A stretch of 44,484 bases of DNA from Gammaproteobacteria bacterium (GTDB taxonomy: Bacteria; Pseudomonadota; Gammaproteobacteria; Natronospirales; REEB76). Each line of letters starts with the position of its first letter. The first letter of the stretch is position 1. Below, piece after piece: positions 42,358 through 44,484 of this stretch. The translations under genes were made by a program, and so were the position numbers. The stretch spans positions 1 to 44,484 of the forward strand of contig JBOIAZ010000132.1 of NCBI GenBank assembly GCA_050739175.1. Reading direction: 5' to 3'. The notes under the pieces are model-generated. The model did not search any database. It was not told where the DNA came from and saw only the letters and a program-made list of their open reading frames with translations.

Positions 42358-43034
42358 TGGCAAAATCCAAGACCGTGCGCCGCATGCAGCTAGCGGTGCT
42401 GATTTCCGGTGAAGGCAGCAACCTCCAGGCGATACTCGACGCTTGTGCGAGCGGCATCTTACCCGCCGAAGTATGCGCGGTCATCAGCGACCGGGCCGAT
42501 GCAAGTGGATTGCGACGTGCCATCGCAGCAAATGTACCGGTGCATACCATCCAGTCAGCAACACGAGCTGAGCGCGCCGACTACGATATGGCACTGCGCC
42601 TCCTTATCGAACGCCGCAATCCGCAGTTGATTTTGCTCGCTGGCTTCATGCGCATTCTGAGCGCTGGCTTTGTGCAGAATTACCACGGCCGGCTTTTGAA
42701 CATTCACCCCGCACTATTGCCCAAATATCGTGGGCTGCATACTCACGGGCGAGTGCTCGCCGCCGGTGAACGCGAGCACGGTTGCAGCGTGCATTTCGTC
42801 ACCGAGGAACTGGACGGCGGCCCCGTCATTGCGCAGGCGAAAGTCGCCGTGGAAACCAGCGACACCGAGCAAACACTGGCCGCGCGCGTGCGGCAGCGCG
42901 AACACGCACTCTACCCGCTGGTGGTGCGCTGGCTGGCCGAGGGCCGGGTTAAACTGAATGAAGACCGCGTATCATTCGACGGTCAACCGCTGTCCGCACC
43001 GCAGGTTTTCGGAATCAACGAGGACATAGTGTGA
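42357..43034 (+). CDS. purN: phosphoribosylglycinamide formyltransferase PurN
   Basis: 225 aa from [26 protein letters not shown], with NIHPALLPKYRGLHTH and the VHFVTEELDGGP motif. Its ATG overlaps the purM TGA by 1 nt. Confidence 0.9.
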   Translation: MAKSKTVRRMQLAVLISGEGSNLQAILDACASGILPAEVCAVISDRADASGLRRAIAANVPVHTIQSATRAERADYDMALRLLIERRNPQLILLAGFMRILSAGFVQNYHGRLLNIHPALLPKYRGLHTHGRVLAAGEREHGCSVHFVTEELDGGPVIAQAKVAVETSDTEQTLAARVRQREHALYPLVVRWLAEGRVKLNEDRVSFDGQPLSAPQVFGINEDIV

Positions 43035-43085
43035 GCATCGGTCAATTGAGCTCTGTTTCAGAAAATCCCCCCGTGCGCAGCGCAT

Positions 43086-43106
43086 CCCCCCTTTTTCAAA
43101 GGGGGG
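43086..43106. repeat. REP-like hairpin cccccctttt-tc-aaagggggg within a 210-nt purN-DUF3108 spacer
   Basis: 9-bp stem and 3-nt loop. An upstream direct repeat atcccccc is present. It resembles the widespread cccctttt..aaagggg intergenic palindromes. Confidence 0.4.
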
Positions 43107-43243
43107 TGAGAGAGGGTTTCCGCATTCATTCAAGCAAGACTGACGGCTGCCTTATCGACACTGGCAGGGATTCGTCAGCGCCGCGCAGCTTGTCCCGACG
43201 AAAGTGGGAAACTGCGTTCAAGCATTCGAATTTCTGGAATCTG

Positions 43244-43984
43244 ATGAGATCCGCCCTCGCGACGACCATGGCGGGAATGACGATCCTGCTGCTCGCGACG
43301 GCCAGCACCGTCGCCCACGCCGCCGCGCCCGCGGTTCCCCTGTACCACGCCATCTACTCCCTGGAGCGCAATGACCTACACATCGGCAACGCAGAGTTCT
43401 CGGTGACCCGGAACCCCAACGGCACCTACACCTACCAGTCCGTGACCCGGCCCGCCGGACTGTTGTCGCTGTTCCTGCACACGGTCATCACCGAAACCAG
43501 CCACTTCACCATGACCAACGGCCAGCCACGGTCCCTGTTCTACAGCTACCAGGAAACGGGCGACAGCGGAAAATCCGAGCTGATCCGCTTCGACTGGAAC
43601 AAAGGCGTAGCGTACAGCGATCGCAATAACGACAAACAGACTTTGCCGCTGAAACCCGGCACCGGTGACGTCATGCTGGCGCAGCTACGCATCTCGCTGA
43701 GTGCGGCCGCGGGTCGTCTGAACAACGATTTCGCGGTGCTGGACCACGGTGAAATGCAGACCTACGACCTGCGAGAGGTTGCAAGGGCCAGAGTTGACAC
43801 CGGGGCCGGAACATTCGACACCCTCGAAGTATCCCGCAAAGACACCAGGAAAAACCGCACCACCAGCTTCTGGCTGGCGCCCAAGCTGGATTACCTGCCG
43901 ATACAGATGCAACAAACCGAACCCGGCAAAGCCACCATCAGTCTGGTGCTGACGGAAATCAAATTCGACACGGCCTCAAAGTAG
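43244..43984 (+). CDS. DUF3108-type periplasmic/outer-membrane protein
   Basis: 246 aa from MRSALATTMAGMTILLLATASTVAHA (signal peptide). It is beta-rich and sits in the conserved position after purN. Confidence 0.7.
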   Translation: MRSALATTMAGMTILLLATASTVAHAAAPAVPLYHAIYSLERNDLHIGNAEFSVTRNPNGTYTYQSVTRPAGLLSLFLHTVITETSHFTMTNGQPRSLFYSYQETGDSGKSELIRFDWNKGVAYSDRNNDKQTLPLKPGTGDVMLAQLRISLSAAAGRLNNDFAVLDHGEMQTYDLREVARARVDTGAGTFDTLEVSRKDTRKNRTTSFWLAPKLDYLPIQMQQTEPGKATISLVLTEIKFDTASK

Positions 43985-44076
43985 GTTGGGCTGGTCCCGG
44001 ACTTGATCCGGGGGAAGCTCAATGGAATGAGCATGTTGGGGTTCGAAGACTCACCCTAACCTACACACTTGATTAC

Positions 44077-44343
44077 TTAAGGCTTGAAATGACGGGTCCC
44101 GCCGGGAGCAATGATGCCGGCTTTTACTAATTCTTTAGAAATGTGGTAACTGCTATGTTCAATCGTACTATCAGGGTCACCGCTTGCGTCGGCGTTTGCA
44201 TACCAAATGGCTGTACCATCAGTGACATATAACTTCACAGAATAGTTGGCCCAATTCACTGCGACCGGACCACCATATCCAATGGTAGTAAAAAAACCTG
44301 GCGACCAGCGTATTGTATTCAAAACAATAGGCGTATTGACCAT
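44077..44343 (-). CDS. hypothetical small protein in a low-GC segment
   Basis: 88 aa from ATG (MVNTPIVLNTIRW...), or 95 aa from TTG at 44364. I see no recognisable motif. The local GC is about 45%, against about 64% for the core. Confidence 0.35.
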   Translation of the reverse strand: MVNTPIVLNTIRWSPGFFTTIGYGGPVAVNWANYSVKLYVTDGTAIWYANADASGDPDSTIEHSSYHISKELVKAGIIAPGGTRHFKP

Positions 44344-44440
44344 CACAGTTCCGTGTGCCGGCAATGGCGAATATGTTTCTCATGGCATGCCGGGCGGGCC
44401 ACGGACGTTGAATTGGTGGACTACCACTAAGAGGTGCACG

Positions 44441-44484
44441 ATGATTATTCTGCGCAAGGACTTGGGTAAAACGGATTTCAGCGA
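44441..44484 (+). CDS. possible 5' end of an ORF (MIILRKDLGKTDFS...) running off the window
   Basis: An ATG preceded by AAGAGG at -13 to -8. Only 14 codons are visible. Confidence 0.2.
   Translation, partial: MIILRKDLGKTDFS

Noticed and set aside
43031-43243. N-terminal 71 aa of track ORF 43031..43984 (SIGQLSSVSENPPVRSASPLFQRGVREGF...)
   Set aside because: This stretch is a translation through a REP-like palindrome and spacer. The signal peptide and real start are at 43244.
44030-44068. ggggttcgaag, a T-loop-like sequence suggesting a tRNA or tRNA fragment
   Set aside because: No complementary T-stem, acceptor stem in register or anticodon arm could be folded. It is treated only as part of the structured junction.

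Overview
This 44.5 kb window looks like a high-GC (about 63-66% by eye) proteobacterial core-chromosome segment, most likely gammaproteobacterial. It is densely packed with housekeeping genes in well-known synteny blocks. In order these are: tsaE-nnr divergent from pruA-queG; the pcnB-folK-dNK-panB-panC-panD operon; a lone tRNA-Glu(CUC); an RDD protein; lptG-lptF divergent from pepA-holC-valS; a MoxR/DUF58/transglutaminase (TgpA-like) operon; an MFS transporter; prfC; rimI-udg-pssA-ilvC-like; proS plus a lytic transglycosylase; acyP; two helical lipoproteins (LysM and DUF4398-like); arsC(yfgD)-wrbA-DUF2069; and hda-perM-(CDP-alcohol phosphatidyltransferase)-DUF2066 divergent from purM-purN-DUF3108. 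I found no CRISPR array, transposase, integrase, recognisable defence or toxin-antitoxin module, and no rRNA. I therefore cannot point to a clear novel multi-gene system. The observations most worth a second look are listed here. (1) An IlvC-like reductoisomerase whose catalytic Lys and one metal-ligand Glu appear substituted. (2) A 2OG-Fe(II)-oxygenase-like protein fused to a SEC-C zinc motif. (3) A 16-nt direct repeat of the tRNA-Glu 3' end, which looks like an att scar. (4) Sharp low-GC patches inside valS and inside the proS editing domain. (5) An unexplained 500-nt GC-rich non-coding tract between convergent genes. (6) A compositional switch to about 45% GC at the right edge. Many long ORFs in the six-frame track are antisense or out-of-frame GC-rich artefacts and are rejected. 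All family assignments come from reading motifs and synteny by eye; no database search was possible.
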